Part shown: positions 43,890-53,392 of the stretch, one piece after another
How positions within the stretch are numbered: the first letter of the stretch is position 1
Layout: each line of letters opens with the position of its first letter
DNA from: Deltaproteobacteria bacterium
Lineage (GTDB): Bacteria; Desulfobacterota; GWC2-55-46; UBA9637
DNA length: 64,000 bases
Assembly: GCA_016219285.1 (NCBI GenBank)
Contig: JACRNJ010000010.1
Span: 36,089-100,088 of the forward strand
Direction: 5' to 3'
Made by a program: the position numbers and the translations under genes
Notes under the pieces: model-generated
The model's database searches: none
Seen by the model: only the letters and a program-made list of their open reading frames with translations
What the model was told of the DNA's origin: nothing

Positions 43890-43959
43890 ACCCTTGACAA
43901 AGCTGTCCTTGGCCAAAGCCAAGGGCTTGCCTTTGGCAAGCCACAGATTTGTCAAGGGT
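43890..43959. repeat. Composite palindrome closed by ACCCTTGACAAA / TTTGTCAAGGGT with two inner hairpins
   Basis: Outer 12-bp inverted repeat. Inner ccttggc-caaa-gccaagg and gcttgcc-tttg-gcaagc hairpins. Confidence 0.8.
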
Positions 43960-43969
43960 CAACATACCT

Positions 43970-44050
43970 GTAGCTTGCCCATCCCCGCTAAAAATCTGCG
44001 GGAACATGTTTATGGGCATATTTAAAAGCGCCGATAAATCGGCCGACTAC
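43970..44050 (+). repeat. GTAG...CTAC doublet whose first hairpin loop is interrupted by a PAGFK-type hairpin (antisense)
   Basis: GTAG-cttgcccat[ccccgctaaaaatctgcgggaacatg]tttatgggc...gccgataaatcggccga-CTAC. Confidence 0.75.
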
Positions 44051-44053
44051 AGC

Positions 44054-44143
44054 GCCTTGCCCTTGACAAACTATCTCCTTTGCCAAAGGCAAAAGAGTTT
44101 TGTGTTTTGCTTCGTAAAAACACATAATTTGTCAAGGGCTTGC
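44054..44143. repeat. Second CCCTTGACAAA / TTTGTCAAGGG composite palindrome
   Basis: gccttgcccttgacaaa ... atttgtcaagggcttgc with inner hairpins (cctttgcc-aaa-ggcaaaag; tgtgtttt...aaaacaca). Confidence 0.75.
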
Positions 44144-44209
44144 ATCTGGACAATTTTTGAGCATGAACTGCGATATAATATATCGCAGAGTGTTGGTTAT
44201 TTTTAGACT

Positions 44210-45970
44210 ATGCAAATTATCAAAGGCATAATCTGCGGCATCTCCGGTCCCACGGTTACCGCTAGAGGCATGAATGGCGCCAAGATGCACACAACCGCCT
44301 TTGTGGGTAAAGACGGGCTTCTTGGGGAAATTGTAAAAATTCAGGGCGAGCAGGCAATACTGCAAGTCTATGAAGACACAACAGGACTTTCCATTGGCGA
44401 AGATGTTGTAAGTCAAGGTAAACCGCTTACTACCAGGCTTGGCCCAGGCATTCTCTCCAATGTTTTTGATGGCATTCAAAGACCGCTTGAATCATTAAAA
44501 TTAAAGTCAGGCGATTTTATAAAAAAAGGGATTAGCTTTGATGTGCTGTTGGATAAGACATGGGAGTTTGTTCCTATAGTAAAAAATGGCGATGCAATCG
44601 GGGCAGGGGATGTTATTGGCATTGTCAAAGAAAATAAAACCGTAGAACATAAAATCCTTGTGCCGCCCAATCTCCTGGTGTCCCCTTTTAGTAAAGCGGG
44701 GGGAAAATTTAAAGGTGTTGTCAAAGAAGTCCGCAAAGGCGCTATCACAGGCGATGAGCCTGTTGTTGTCCTTGAAGATAGCAACGTTATTTCTTTATAT
44801 CATGAGTGGCCTGTAAGAGAGGCAAGGCCGTTTAATGAAAGGCTGTCACCAGACACGCCATTTCTTACAGGCCAGCGCATATTTGACACCATGTTTCCGG
44901 TGGCAGAGGGCGGCACAGCCATTGTGCCAGGTGGTTTCGGAACAGGCAAGACCATTGTGGAGCAGACCCTCGCCAGATATGCAAAATCAGACATTATTGT
45001 TTATGTCGGCTGTGGAGAGCGTGGAAATGAAATGACTGAGGTCCTGACAGATTTCCCAAAACTAATTGACCCATCCACAGGCCTGCCTTTAAGTTTACGG
45101 GCTGTTCTTATTGTAAATACCTCAAATATGCCTGTTGCAGCGAGAGAGGCATCTATATTTATTGGCGCAACCATAGCTGAGTATTACAGAGATATGGGAT
45201 ACAATGTTGCGCTTATGACAGATTCAATCTCCAGATGGGCGGAGGCCTTGAGGGAAATATCGTCAAGGATGGAAGAGATGCCCGGAGAAGAAGGGTACCC
45301 GCCGTATATTGCAACCCGTCTCGGAAATTTTTATGAAAGGGCAGGAAAGGTAAAATGCTTCGGCAAAGATAACAGAACAGGCTCTGTTACCATAGTCAGC
45401 TCGGTATCGCCGCCGGGCGGTGATTTTTCCGAGCCGGTAACGCAGGCATCATTAAGGGTTGCAGGCGCTCTATGGGCTCTGGACACAGACCTTGCATACA
45501 GGAGGCACTTTCCGGCAGTTGACTGGAATAAAAGTTTCAGCCTTTATTATAATTCATTGAAAGAGTGGTTTAGGAGAGAAGTGGCAGAAGATGCTATTTT
45601 ACTCCGAGATAGTATTATGAAAATACTTGAGCGGGAGGGGGAACTCAAAGAAGTTGTTCAGATAATAGGCCTTGAGGCATTGCAGGATGCAGACAGGCTT
45701 ACCATGGAACTGGGAAGGATTGTCAAAGAGGTGTTTTTAAGGCAGAGCGTATTCAATGACGCAGATGCATTCTGCACCATGGAAAAGCAGTATTGGATGA
45801 TGGTGTGCATAATCCAATTTTACAATAAAGCTAAAAACACACTTGCCAAGGGAGTATATCTGGAAAAGATTCTATCAAGCCCTGTTGTAGCAAGACTTAT
45901 GCGTATGCAGGATATACCGAGCAATGTGTTCAAGCAAAGGGCAGGGGAGATGATTAGGGAGATGGAGTGA
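44210..45970 (+). CDS. atpA: V/A-type ATP synthase catalytic subunit A
   Basis: 586 aa. GPGILSNVFDGIQRPL, P-loop GGFGTGKT, the non-homologous region characteristic of A subunits, VSPPGGDFSEPVT. Confidence 0.92.
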   Translation: MQIIKGIICGISGPTVTARGMNGAKMHTTAFVGKDGLLGEIVKIQGEQAILQVYEDTTGLSIGEDVVSQGKPLTTRLGPGILSNVFDGIQRPLESLKLKSGDFIKKGISFDVLLDKTWEFVPIVKNGDAIGAGDVIGIVKENKTVEHKILVPPNLLVSPFSKAGGKFKGVVKEVRKGAITGDEPVVVLEDSNVISLYHEWPVREARPFNERLSPDTPFLTGQRIFDTMFPVAEGGTAIVPGGFGTGKTIVEQTLARYAKSDIIVYVGCGERGNEMTEVLTDFPKLIDPSTGLPLSLRAVLIVNTSNMPVAAREASIFIGATIAEYYRDMGYNVALMTDSISRWAEALREISSRMEEMPGEEGYPPYIATRLGNFYERAGKVKCFGKDNRTGSVTIVSSVSPPGGDFSEPVTQASLRVAGALWALDTDLAYRRHFPAVDWNKSFSLYYNSLKEWFRREVAEDAILLRDSIMKILEREGELKEVVQIIGLEALQDADRLTMELGRIVKEVFLRQSVFNDADAFCTMEKQYWMMVCIIQFYNKAKNTLAKGVYLEKILSSPVVARLMRMQDIPSNVFKQRAGEMIREME

Positions 45971-46419
45971 GCCTAATGGTGCATCACTTTATTCATGCTA
46001 TTGACAGAGATTTTACTGTTGCGGATATAGAAAGGAAATGTTGTTCATGCTCACTAATTAAGTATCTCTTTTGACAGTAGAAATGTTTCAAAAACAAGAT
46101 ATTGTCTCTTTGCCGGAGAGATTTGACAAGGAAACTTGAAGATAATAAAAGGGGCCTGCTAAAAAATACCTTCCAATTGTCTTGCAGAATGTATTGGACA
46201 TTTTCTAAATCGGGATTACCGGGGATAGACAAGCGGTTGACAAACCATTAGGACATAGTGTAGCCTATAATTCTTTTTAATCTAATGGCAATTGATGAAC
46301 CTATTATTAATTTATAGCCTAATATTGAGGAAAGTTCGGGAAGTTACATTTCCATTTAAGTTTTTAAAAATGGCAAATATTGCTTAAAAACACTTCACCA
46401 TAATGAGAGGTCTAACAAA

Positions 46420-47076
46420 GTGAAAAAGATTGCGCCATCTATACTATCTGCTGATTTTACAAAACTGGCAAAGGAGATAAGGGCTGTTGAGGATGCAAAG
46501 GCAGATTATATACATATAGATGTGATGGATGGTCACTTCGTGCCTAATATAACGGTAGGGCCGTTTATTGTAGAGGCGGCAAGAAGGGCAACAAGGCTGC
46601 CTCTTGATGTCCACCTGATGATAGAAAATCCTGATAAGTTTATTCCTGATTTTGCCAAGGCTGGGAGCGATATAATCACTGTTCATGCAGAGGCATGTAA
46701 ACACTTACATAGGACTATCCAGCATATCAAAGAACAAGGTATACGGGCCGGTATATCCTTAAACCCAACAACACCGTTACATGTGCTTGACCATATACTG
46801 GGAGATATTGATATGATATTGATTATGACTGTAAACCCTGGTTTCAGCGGCCAAAGCTTTATAAATTCATGCCTTCCAAAGATAACGCTCATGAGAAGGA
46901 TTCTTGACCAAGGCAATTACAAGGCAGAGCTTGAGATTGACGGAGGGATAAAGGTTTCCAACATAGGTACGGCAGCGAAGGCGGGGGCGGATGTATTTGT
47001 TGCAGGGTCTGCCATATTCGGAAGCGAAAGTTATAAAAAGACAATATCAGCAATGAGGCTGGAGATAGAGGGATAA
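46420..47076 (+). CDS. rpe: Ribulose-phosphate 3-epimerase
   Basis: 218 aa, GTG start. PSILSADF...HIDVMDGHFVPN...MTVNPGFSGQ motifs. Confidence 0.93.
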   Translation: MKKIAPSILSADFTKLAKEIRAVEDAKADYIHIDVMDGHFVPNITVGPFIVEAARRATRLPLDVHLMIENPDKFIPDFAKAGSDIITVHAEACKHLHRTIQHIKEQGIRAGISLNPTTPLHVLDHILGDIDMILIMTVNPGFSGQSFINSCLPKITLMRRILDQGNYKAELEIDGGIKVSNIGTAAKAGADVFVAGSAIFGSESYKKTISAMRLEIEG

Positions 47077-47179
47077 ACGCTATTGTAAATTGCAAGGTGC
47101 AAATTTTTAATAAGATTTTATCTTGCTTATGGCCGCTTGTTTTTGATATCTTATACTTTTCATAGTGGCGCTAAACAAT

Positions 47180-47256
<77 letters not shown>

Positions 47257-47343
47257 ATCAAGACATATGGAATACACAGTATGTAATTTGACATAATATA
47301 CATTATGCGACAAATATAATTGATTCTACTATTCAGAAAAACT

Positions 47344-48078
47344 CTATATTCCCTCTATTTTATCTTTACTATCTATTTTTATCCCTCTTTTTCTCATAGT
47401 ATCCTTTATAACCTTAAGTTTCCAATCCCTGTGGTTATTTATTATTGATAAAACCTCTTTTGGTTTATCGGTTATTTTGACAAGCTCCATATCCTCTGCT
47501 GATATGGTTTTGCTCTTCAACATTGTTGTCTTCATCCAATGGAGCAGGCCGCTCCAATAATCCTTTCCAACAAGAATCAAAGGCAATGGATATATCTTGT
47601 GGGTTTGGATAAGCGTGAGCGCTTCAAAGAACTCATCAAGGGTCCCAAACCCGCCAGGCATACAGACATAGCCCATAGCATATTTTATAAACATCACCTT
47701 TCTGGCGAAGAAGTATTTAAATGTCAAAGATTTGTTCTGAAACGGATTAGGTTTTTGTTCTTTTGGCAAAAGTATATTTAAACCTACAGAGGCGCCGTCA
47801 TTGGTTATAGCGCCTTTGTTGGCTGCCTCCATGACACCAGGCCCCCCGCCAGTTATAATGGTATACCCGTTTTTTACAAGAAGAGTGGAAATTTCCAGAG
47901 TCTGTTTATAATATTTATGATTTCTATGAAATCTTGCTGAACCGAATATGGATACAGCCGGTCCTAGTGTTGAGAGCTCTTCAAAACCCTCCACAAATTC
48001 ACTTATTATCTTGAATATGCGCCATGTTTCCTGACCCTTCAAATCCTCAACCATGTTTCCGGAAAACTCAAATCCCAA
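47344..48078 (-). CDS. LOG-family (TIGR00730) nucleotide phosphoribohydrolase
   Basis: PGGFGTLDEFFE and GGGPGVMEAAN motifs. The first residues overlap a repeat hairpin, so the start may be the downstream ATG (MVEDLKG). Confidence 0.85.
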   Translation of the reverse strand: MGFEFSGNMVEDLKGQETWRIFKIISEFVEGFEELSTLGPAVSIFGSARFHRNHKYYKQTLEISTLLVKNGYTIITGGGPGVMEAANKGAITNDGASVGLNILLPKEQKPNPFQNKSLTFKYFFARKVMFIKYAMGYVCMPGGFGTLDEFFEALTLIQTHKIYPLPLILVGKDYWSGLLHWMKTTMLKSKTISAEDMELVKITDKPKEVLSIINNHRDWKLKVIKDTMRKRGIKIDSKDKIEGI

Positions 48079-48219
48079 ATTACAAATCCCAAATAATAAT
48101 TAATTATTCAATAAACAAAGCTTGAAGCAGCATGGTTATTGAAATTTGATTATTGGCTATTATTTGTTATTTGATATTTGTTTATTGAAATTTTCATCCC
48201 CCTTTCTATCATATATATT

Positions 48220-49779
48220 TTATTCCCATTCTATTGTGCTCGGGGGTTTACTGCTTATATCATAAACCACCCTATTGATTCCCCGCACCTCATTTATTAT
48301 CCTGCCTGAAATTTTTGCCATTAAATCATAAGGCAGTCTTACCCAATCCGCTGTCATGCCATCCACACTTTCTACCGCCCTTATTGCCATTACATTTTCA
48401 TAAGTCCTTTCATCACCCATAACACCGACTGTCTTTATTGGCAAAAGCACAGCAAATGCCTGCCACATCTTTGTATAAAGCCCTGCGCCTTTTATCTCTT
48501 CCAGCACAATACTGTCTGCCTTTCTTAGTATATCACACCTTTCTTTAGTAACCTCGCCCAAAACCCTTATGGCAAGACCTGGTCCAGGGAATGGATGTCT
48601 ATTTATTATCTCATCAGGCATTTTCAATGCCCTACCTAAATCCCTGACCTCATCCTTAAACAACTCCCTCAAAGGCTCTACCAGTTTTAGCTTCATCTTT
48701 TTTAAAAGTCCGCCCACATTATGATGGCTCTTGATAGTGGCTGAAGGGCCTTTGAATGACACGCTCTCAATCACATCAGGATACAAAGTCCCCTGGCCAA
48801 GAAAACCGGTATTTTTTAACTTCATAGCCTCGTCTTCAAAAACCCTGACGAATTCATTGCCGATAATCTTCCGCTTTTTTTCAGGGTCTTCCACACCTTT
48901 AAGTTTATCAAGAAACCTTGTTGAAGCATCTACGCAAATAAGTTTCATATGAAAATTTTTCCTTAACACATCTTCTACTTTTTTTGCCTCTCCCGTCCTT
49001 AACAAACCGTTATCAACAAATATACAGGTTAACTGTTTGCCAATGGCGCGGTGCAAGAGAACAGCGGCAACAGATGAATCCACACCGCCGCTTATGCCGC
49101 ACACAACACCTCTCTCCCCTACCCTCGTCCTTATCTCTGCAACAGCAGTGTCTATGAACGACTCCATTGTCCATGTGGGCTTGCATTTACATATTTTTAA
49201 AAGAAAATTCTTAAGAATCTGTGCGCCCTTTGGCGTATGAACAACTTCAGGATGAAATTGCACATTGAAGATTTTTCTTTTAAGATTACTCATTGCGCAT
49301 ATCGGCGAATTTTTGCTGTGGGCAATGGATACAAACCCATTTGGCATCTTCTTGATTCTGTCGCCGTGGCTCATCCAGACTTGGGTGACGCGTTGTGCGC
49401 TATGTGCGATGCGTGATAACAAATCAGAATCATCGTCAATAACCAGTTCTGCGCTGCCGTATTCTCTGTGAGAGGATTTTTCCACCTTGCCGCCGAGGAG
49501 ATGGGCGGTAAGCTGCATGCCGTAACAGATGCCGAGGATCGGAATACTGAGATTGAAAATTTCTTTGGAAATAAGCGGAGCATCTTTATCATACACGCTG
49601 GATGGCCCGCCGGAAAGGATGATACCTCTGGCATTCAAGACCTTTATCCTGTCAAGACCAATATTATACGGATGTATCTCACAATAAACCTTCTGTTCCC
49701 TGACTCGTCTTGCAATAAGCTGTGTGTATTGAGAACCGAAGTCTAATATCAGGATTTTTTGCTTATGGATGTCCGGCAT
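48220..49779 (-). CDS. guaA: GMP synthase (glutamine-hydrolysing)
   Basis: 519 aa. GATase domain (GICYGMQ), ATP-PPase SGGVDSS motif, C-terminal PPSTIEWE. Confidence 0.97.
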   Translation of the reverse strand: MPDIHKQKILILDFGSQYTQLIARRVREQKVYCEIHPYNIGLDRIKVLNARGIILSGGPSSVYDKDAPLISKEIFNLSIPILGICYGMQLTAHLLGGKVEKSSHREYGSAELVIDDDSDLLSRIAHSAQRVTQVWMSHGDRIKKMPNGFVSIAHSKNSPICAMSNLKRKIFNVQFHPEVVHTPKGAQILKNFLLKICKCKPTWTMESFIDTAVAEIRTRVGERGVVCGISGGVDSSVAAVLLHRAIGKQLTCIFVDNGLLRTGEAKKVEDVLRKNFHMKLICVDASTRFLDKLKGVEDPEKKRKIIGNEFVRVFEDEAMKLKNTGFLGQGTLYPDVIESVSFKGPSATIKSHHNVGGLLKKMKLKLVEPLRELFKDEVRDLGRALKMPDEIINRHPFPGPGLAIRVLGEVTKERCDILRKADSIVLEEIKGAGLYTKMWQAFAVLLPIKTVGVMGDERTYENVMAIRAVESVDGMTADWVRLPYDLMAKISGRIINEVRGINRVVYDISSKPPSTIEWE

Positions 49780-49850
49780 GAGAGAAAAATATATCTAAAA
49801 AAAATGAAATAAACAATCAAAAAATGGGGAGGCAAAAACAATGTGACAAG

Positions 49851-50321
49851 CTAAGTTTTATAGTGGTATGCTGTCAGAAATATAACTGCCAGCCCCAATA
49901 TCATAATGATGACATTCATTATTGTTGATTTCATGTGAACGGCCTTAAATTGAACCCTCAATGCCTCTTTTTGCGTCTGGTCTTCGGTCATGCGAATCTG
50001 AGCCTTGACCTCCACGGCATTTTTGCCGATTACCTTGCCTGAGTAAAACACAAGCACGGTCATCAAAGCTAACAACCCGATTCTTGCCCATGGATAAGCC
50101 TTTTCCTGAAACGATAATATCGCTATGGTTGCAACGGCTGTGACACTGCAAATATATCCTATTATCCAATACTTAGGAAATATATCTCCTACCACATCTC
50201 CTGCGGTCTCTCTGGGCAAGATTTTAAAGATGCTCGGCGCAGCAATGAAGGAAAAAAATATCATGCCGCCAAGCCAGACAACCAGAGAAAGGAGGTGGAT
50301 GAATCTAACAATTGTCATCAT
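49851..50321 (-). CDS. DUF4149-domain membrane protein
   Basis: 156 aa, four TM segments. FIHLLSLVVWLGGMIFFSFIAAPSIF pattern. Confidence 0.6.
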   Translation of the reverse strand: MMTIVRFIHLLSLVVWLGGMIFFSFIAAPSIFKILPRETAGDVVGDIFPKYWIIGYICSVTAVATIAILSFQEKAYPWARIGLLALMTVLVFYSGKVIGKNAVEVKAQIRMTEDQTQKEALRVQFKAVHMKSTIMNVIIMILGLAVIFLTAYHYKT

Positions 50322-50366
50322 ATAACATCTCTATCCATAAATTCTAAACTCAGAGACATTCCTCAT

Positions 50367-51002
50367 CTATTTCAACACTGCAACCAACCCATCTGCCGCT
50401 ACAAGTTGGACCTCAAGGGTCGCCTCTGCGCTGCCGTCATCCTTATATTCCTCTTTAACCACGATTGCGCCTTTTACAAAACCCTCTATGCGGGTTATTT
50501 CTATATGTTTTTCATCAAGGTATTCTTTCATGCCTTTGTCAGGCGGCGTTTTCATCTTCAATATTATCTCAAGCAGGTTTTTCTGTGCCTCTACAATTGC
50601 TGCGCGCATGACAAGTATTTTTGCCTGAGCTGGATTTGTAATGTGTTTCGGCGGCAGGCCGCGGCCGGTCGCACTTATTACACCCTTCTGCCAATTAACA
50701 CCAGTCACATCTGAGACAACCAGTGCGCCTTTATAAGCCTCCGCAGAAATAGCCTCGGCAGACGGCGCTACCTCGGCCTTTTTTTCCACTACTGAAATTT
50801 TAGTTTCTTCTTTTACAGGCTCCTCTTTCTTGCCACAGGCGGTTAATGATACAGCAAACAGGAAGCAGGAAACAGTAAACAGTAATAAAAATGAAAAACG
50901 AATTTCCCCGCTTCTCCCTTTCTCTGTTTCAGTCCTTTTCTTGAGGATCTGTTGCCCCTTGACTTCTGACACTACGGCACTCCGGCACTTTGACATTTTC
51001 AT
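50367..51002 (-). CDS. LPP20-like lipoprotein
   Basis: Lipobox SLTACG. Mature-part pattern (ISATGRG.P.......AQAKILVMRAAIVEAQKNLLE) resembles the LPP20 family. The N-terminal extension is repeat-encoded, so the start is uncertain. Confidence 0.5.
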   Translation of the reverse strand: MKMSKCRSAVVSEVKGQQILKKRTETEKGRSGEIRFSFLLLFTVSCFLFAVSLTACGKKEEPVKEETKISVVEKKAEVAPSAEAISAEAYKGALVVSDVTGVNWQKGVISATGRGLPPKHITNPAQAKILVMRAAIVEAQKNLLEIILKMKTPPDKGMKEYLDEKHIEITRIEGFVKGAIVVKEEYKDDGSAEATLEVQLVAADGLVAVLK

Positions 51003-51003
51003 T

Positions 51004-51351
51004 TCAATCCCCCTCTTTAACTTTTCTCAATACCTTCTTTCCTGCTATTTTTTTCTTATCCTCAAGCCGCCTCATCTTCTGAGAGCGAGAAAGTTTTGTA
51101 GGAATGCGCTTTTTAGGTTTAAAATACATCTTTGCAATAGCTTTCTCAAGCCTCTCCATTGCTATTTCCCTGTTTAAGTGCTGAGAACGTCTCTCCGTAG
51201 CCTGAACAACTATGCCTGTTGGAATATGGCGAATGCGCACAGCAGTGGCAGTCTTGTTCTTGTGCTGACCGCCCGGACCTGAACTGCGATAGAATTCTAT
51301 CTCAATGTCGGATTTTCTTATATTGATAGCAGAGTTTGCAGACATGTGCAA
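51004..51351 (-). CDS. arfB: ArfB-type peptidyl-tRNA hydrolase / class I release-factor-like ribosome rescue protein
   Basis: 115 aa. GGQ motif ([11 protein letters not shown]), RSQHLNRE, basic C-terminal tail. Confidence 0.7.
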   Translation of the reverse strand: MHMSANSAINIRKSDIEIEFYRSSGPGGQHKNKTATAVRIRHIPTGIVVQATERRSQHLNREIAMERLEKAIAKMYFKPKKRIPTKLSRSQKMRRLEDKKKIAGKKVLRKVKEGD

Positions 51352-51443
51352 TCCAATTTTCTTTCCGATTTACCTGCCATACTTCGTTATCGGACAATTT
51401 TTACTCCTCACCGTATCGGTGAATATACGGCTCATAGTAAATA

Positions 51444-51490
51444 ACACACCCCTTTAGTCCCCTCTCGAGAGGGGATTTAGGGGTGTGTTG
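51444..51490. repeat. Nested perfect palindrome
   Basis: acacacccctttagtcccctctcgagaggggatttaggggtgtgt. Confidence 0.8.
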
Positions 51491-51505
51491 TCTAACAACC
51501 AACTT

Positions 51506-51538
51506 GCCCTTGACAGGTGAAACGGTCTGTCAAGGGCT
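51506..51538. repeat. GCCCTTGACAG...CTGTCAAGGGC hairpin
   Basis: gcccttgacag-gtgaaacggt-ctgtcaagggc. Same stem family as 4245-4273 and 43890-44143. Confidence 0.75.
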
Positions 51539-51981
51539 TGCCAGTTTACACAAAAATCAAAGTCTATTTTTGGATCTTTCAAAATTCCCTTACAATCTTT
51601 GAAATTTCTTTAACAGGCAATACAGTGATATTTCGTGCTACAGGATAAGATTCTTTGCCCGGATAAAATAAGCACTTTCATTTTGCAAGGGTAAAACAGA
51701 GGCAAATTTTTGATGGCGATTCTTTTCCTTCATTGCCGCGACAGGTTATGTGGTAAACTAAATGGCATTGCTACCAAAGTCTATAGCATTTAAAAATCTA
51801 TTTTATCAATGTAAAGAATTGACCTCAAAAACCTTTTTGTCATCAATGCCAAAAGTTAATATGCCACGTCAATATGGCGGGCATACGGCAAGCTATGACA
51901 GTTAAATATGGTGTCCCATGAATTAGGGAAAATAAATCTGTCCCCTTTATTTTTATTTGTCACCATTATTTTCATTTTTTC

Positions 51982-53172
51982 TCACCTCTCAAAAAGCCTC
52001 TCTATGAGTTTATGTCCTTGCTCTACAAACAAACCGCTTGCCTTTGCATCTGCTTCTGTATATGCCTTGCCATTGCTTGTTTTTGCCGGATAAAGCACAA
52101 ACGGCACAGGGTCTCGGGTATGCGTTTTCTTTGCTATGGGCGTAGGATGATCAGGAAGCACAAGTATTTTATAATTCTTAAACTGAACAAGCCCATCAAT
52201 CACCCTGCCGACAACCTCTTTATCAAAATCCTCAATGGCCTTTATCTTGCCTTTTAAGTCGCCGTTATGCCCAGCCTCATCCGGCGCCTCTACATGAACG
52301 CATACAAAATCCTTTGTCTCCAACTCCTTGAGCGCATATTCTGCCTTGCCTTTGTAATTTGTATCAAGATAACCTGTAGCACCGGGAACATTAACCACCT
52401 TCAATCCGGCATATATGCCAAGACCTTTGAGCAGGTCAACTGCTGATATAATGGAACCTTCAATATCGAATCTCTGCTTTAATGTCGGCAGTTTTGGCGC
52501 CCTGCCCTGTCCCCACAACCAGATAGAGTTTGCAGGTTTATGCCCGCCTTCTTGTCTTTTAATATTTACCAGATGCTCTTTGAGGAGCATCTGCGAGGCA
52601 TTCATCAACTGAATGAACTTTTCCGAACCTTTGCCTTTGGGAAGATAATCCTTTATCTCTTTGCCTGTTATATCATGGGGCGGCGTTGTCTCAAGGCCGT
52701 CCGGGCCTCCGCTCCATACCATCAAATGCCTGTAGCTGACGCCGGGATAAAATCTGAGTCCTTGTTTGCCAAGCTCCTTATCAATATCTCTAATAATCTC
52801 TCTGGCCTCATCTGTGGTTATATGGTCTGCGCTGAAATCATTCATATAAACCTTGCCGTCCTTCTGACTGAGTGTAACAAGGTTACATCTCACCGCAAGA
52901 TCATCGGTTGCCAGTTTTACGCCGATGCTTGCAGCCTCCAGAGGCGACCTGCCGGTATAATACTGCGCTGGGTTGTAACCCAATACACTCAAAATGGCTA
53001 CATCGCTCCCCGGTGGATAACCGTCAGGCACATTCTTCACAAGACCGATAGAGCCCTTCTGCGCAAGCATATCCATATTAGCCGTCCTCGCAGCCTGGAG
53101 CGGTGTTTTGTTATCCAACTCTTTAATGGGATCATCAGACATCCCGTCGCCTATGAGAATGATGTATTTCAT
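51982..53172 (-). CDS. apgM: Cofactor-independent phosphoglycerate mutase family protein, archaeal ApgM type (possibly an alternative homoserine kinase given thrC adjacency)
   Basis: MKYIILIGDGMSD...TPLQ.A.T.NMD.LA..G N-terminus and metalloenzyme-superfamily motifs (HVEAPDEAGH, LPDHPTP). Start placed at ATG 53172. Confidence 0.75.
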   Translation of the reverse strand: MKYIILIGDGMSDDPIKELDNKTPLQAARTANMDMLAQKGSIGLVKNVPDGYPPGSDVAILSVLGYNPAQYYTGRSPLEAASIGVKLATDDLAVRCNLVTLSQKDGKVYMNDFSADHITTDEAREIIRDIDKELGKQGLRFYPGVSYRHLMVWSGGPDGLETTPPHDITGKEIKDYLPKGKGSEKFIQLMNASQMLLKEHLVNIKRQEGGHKPANSIWLWGQGRAPKLPTLKQRFDIEGSIISAVDLLKGLGIYAGLKVVNVPGATGYLDTNYKGKAEYALKELETKDFVCVHVEAPDEAGHNGDLKGKIKAIEDFDKEVVGRVIDGLVQFKNYKILVLPDHPTPIAKKTHTRDPVPFVLYPAKTSNGKAYTEADAKASGLFVEQGHKLIERLFER

Positions 53173-53222
53173 AGTAAAGTAAAGAATATTCATGCTCAAA
53201 AATTGCCCCGATGCAAAGCGTT

Positions 53223-53315
53223 GTAGTTTGCCGATTTACCTGTCTGCGTGCAACGCACAGGCAGGCGCACAGGCAGGTCGGCGCTTTTAAAGACGTCCAT
53301 AAATGGGCAAGCTAC
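53223..53315 (+). repeat. GTAG...CTAC doublet whose first hairpin is interrupted by a CCTGTCTGC...GCAGGCAGG hairpin
   Basis: GTAG-tttgccgattta[cctgtctgcgtgcaacgcacaggcaggcgcacaggcagg]tcggc...tccataaatgggcaag-CTAC. Confidence 0.75.
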
Positions 53316-53392
53316 AGATATGTGAAGCGCAGCAACGATGGCAACACGGCCTGGTGCCCTCTGGGCGCGGCATTTCTAGCGTGAGCTATCTA

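Noticed and set aside
43891-43900. TTGACA hexamers inside CCCTTGACA repeats (also at 4248 and 51510) as promoters
   Set aside because: The hexamer is part of a recurring palindromic stem and has no consistently spaced -10 element. The recurrence reflects the repeat family, not promoter function.
45993-46232. 79-aa minus-strand ORF after atpA; I also looked there for a V-ATPase B subunit or an RNA gene
   Set aside because: It shows no similarity to any subunit pattern I know. I recognised no tmRNA, SRP, RNase P or 6S hallmarks in 45971-46419. The region is left unannotated.
52540-53226. 228-aa plus-strand ORF opposite apgM
   Set aside because: It is antisense to a well-supported gene and has no motifs.
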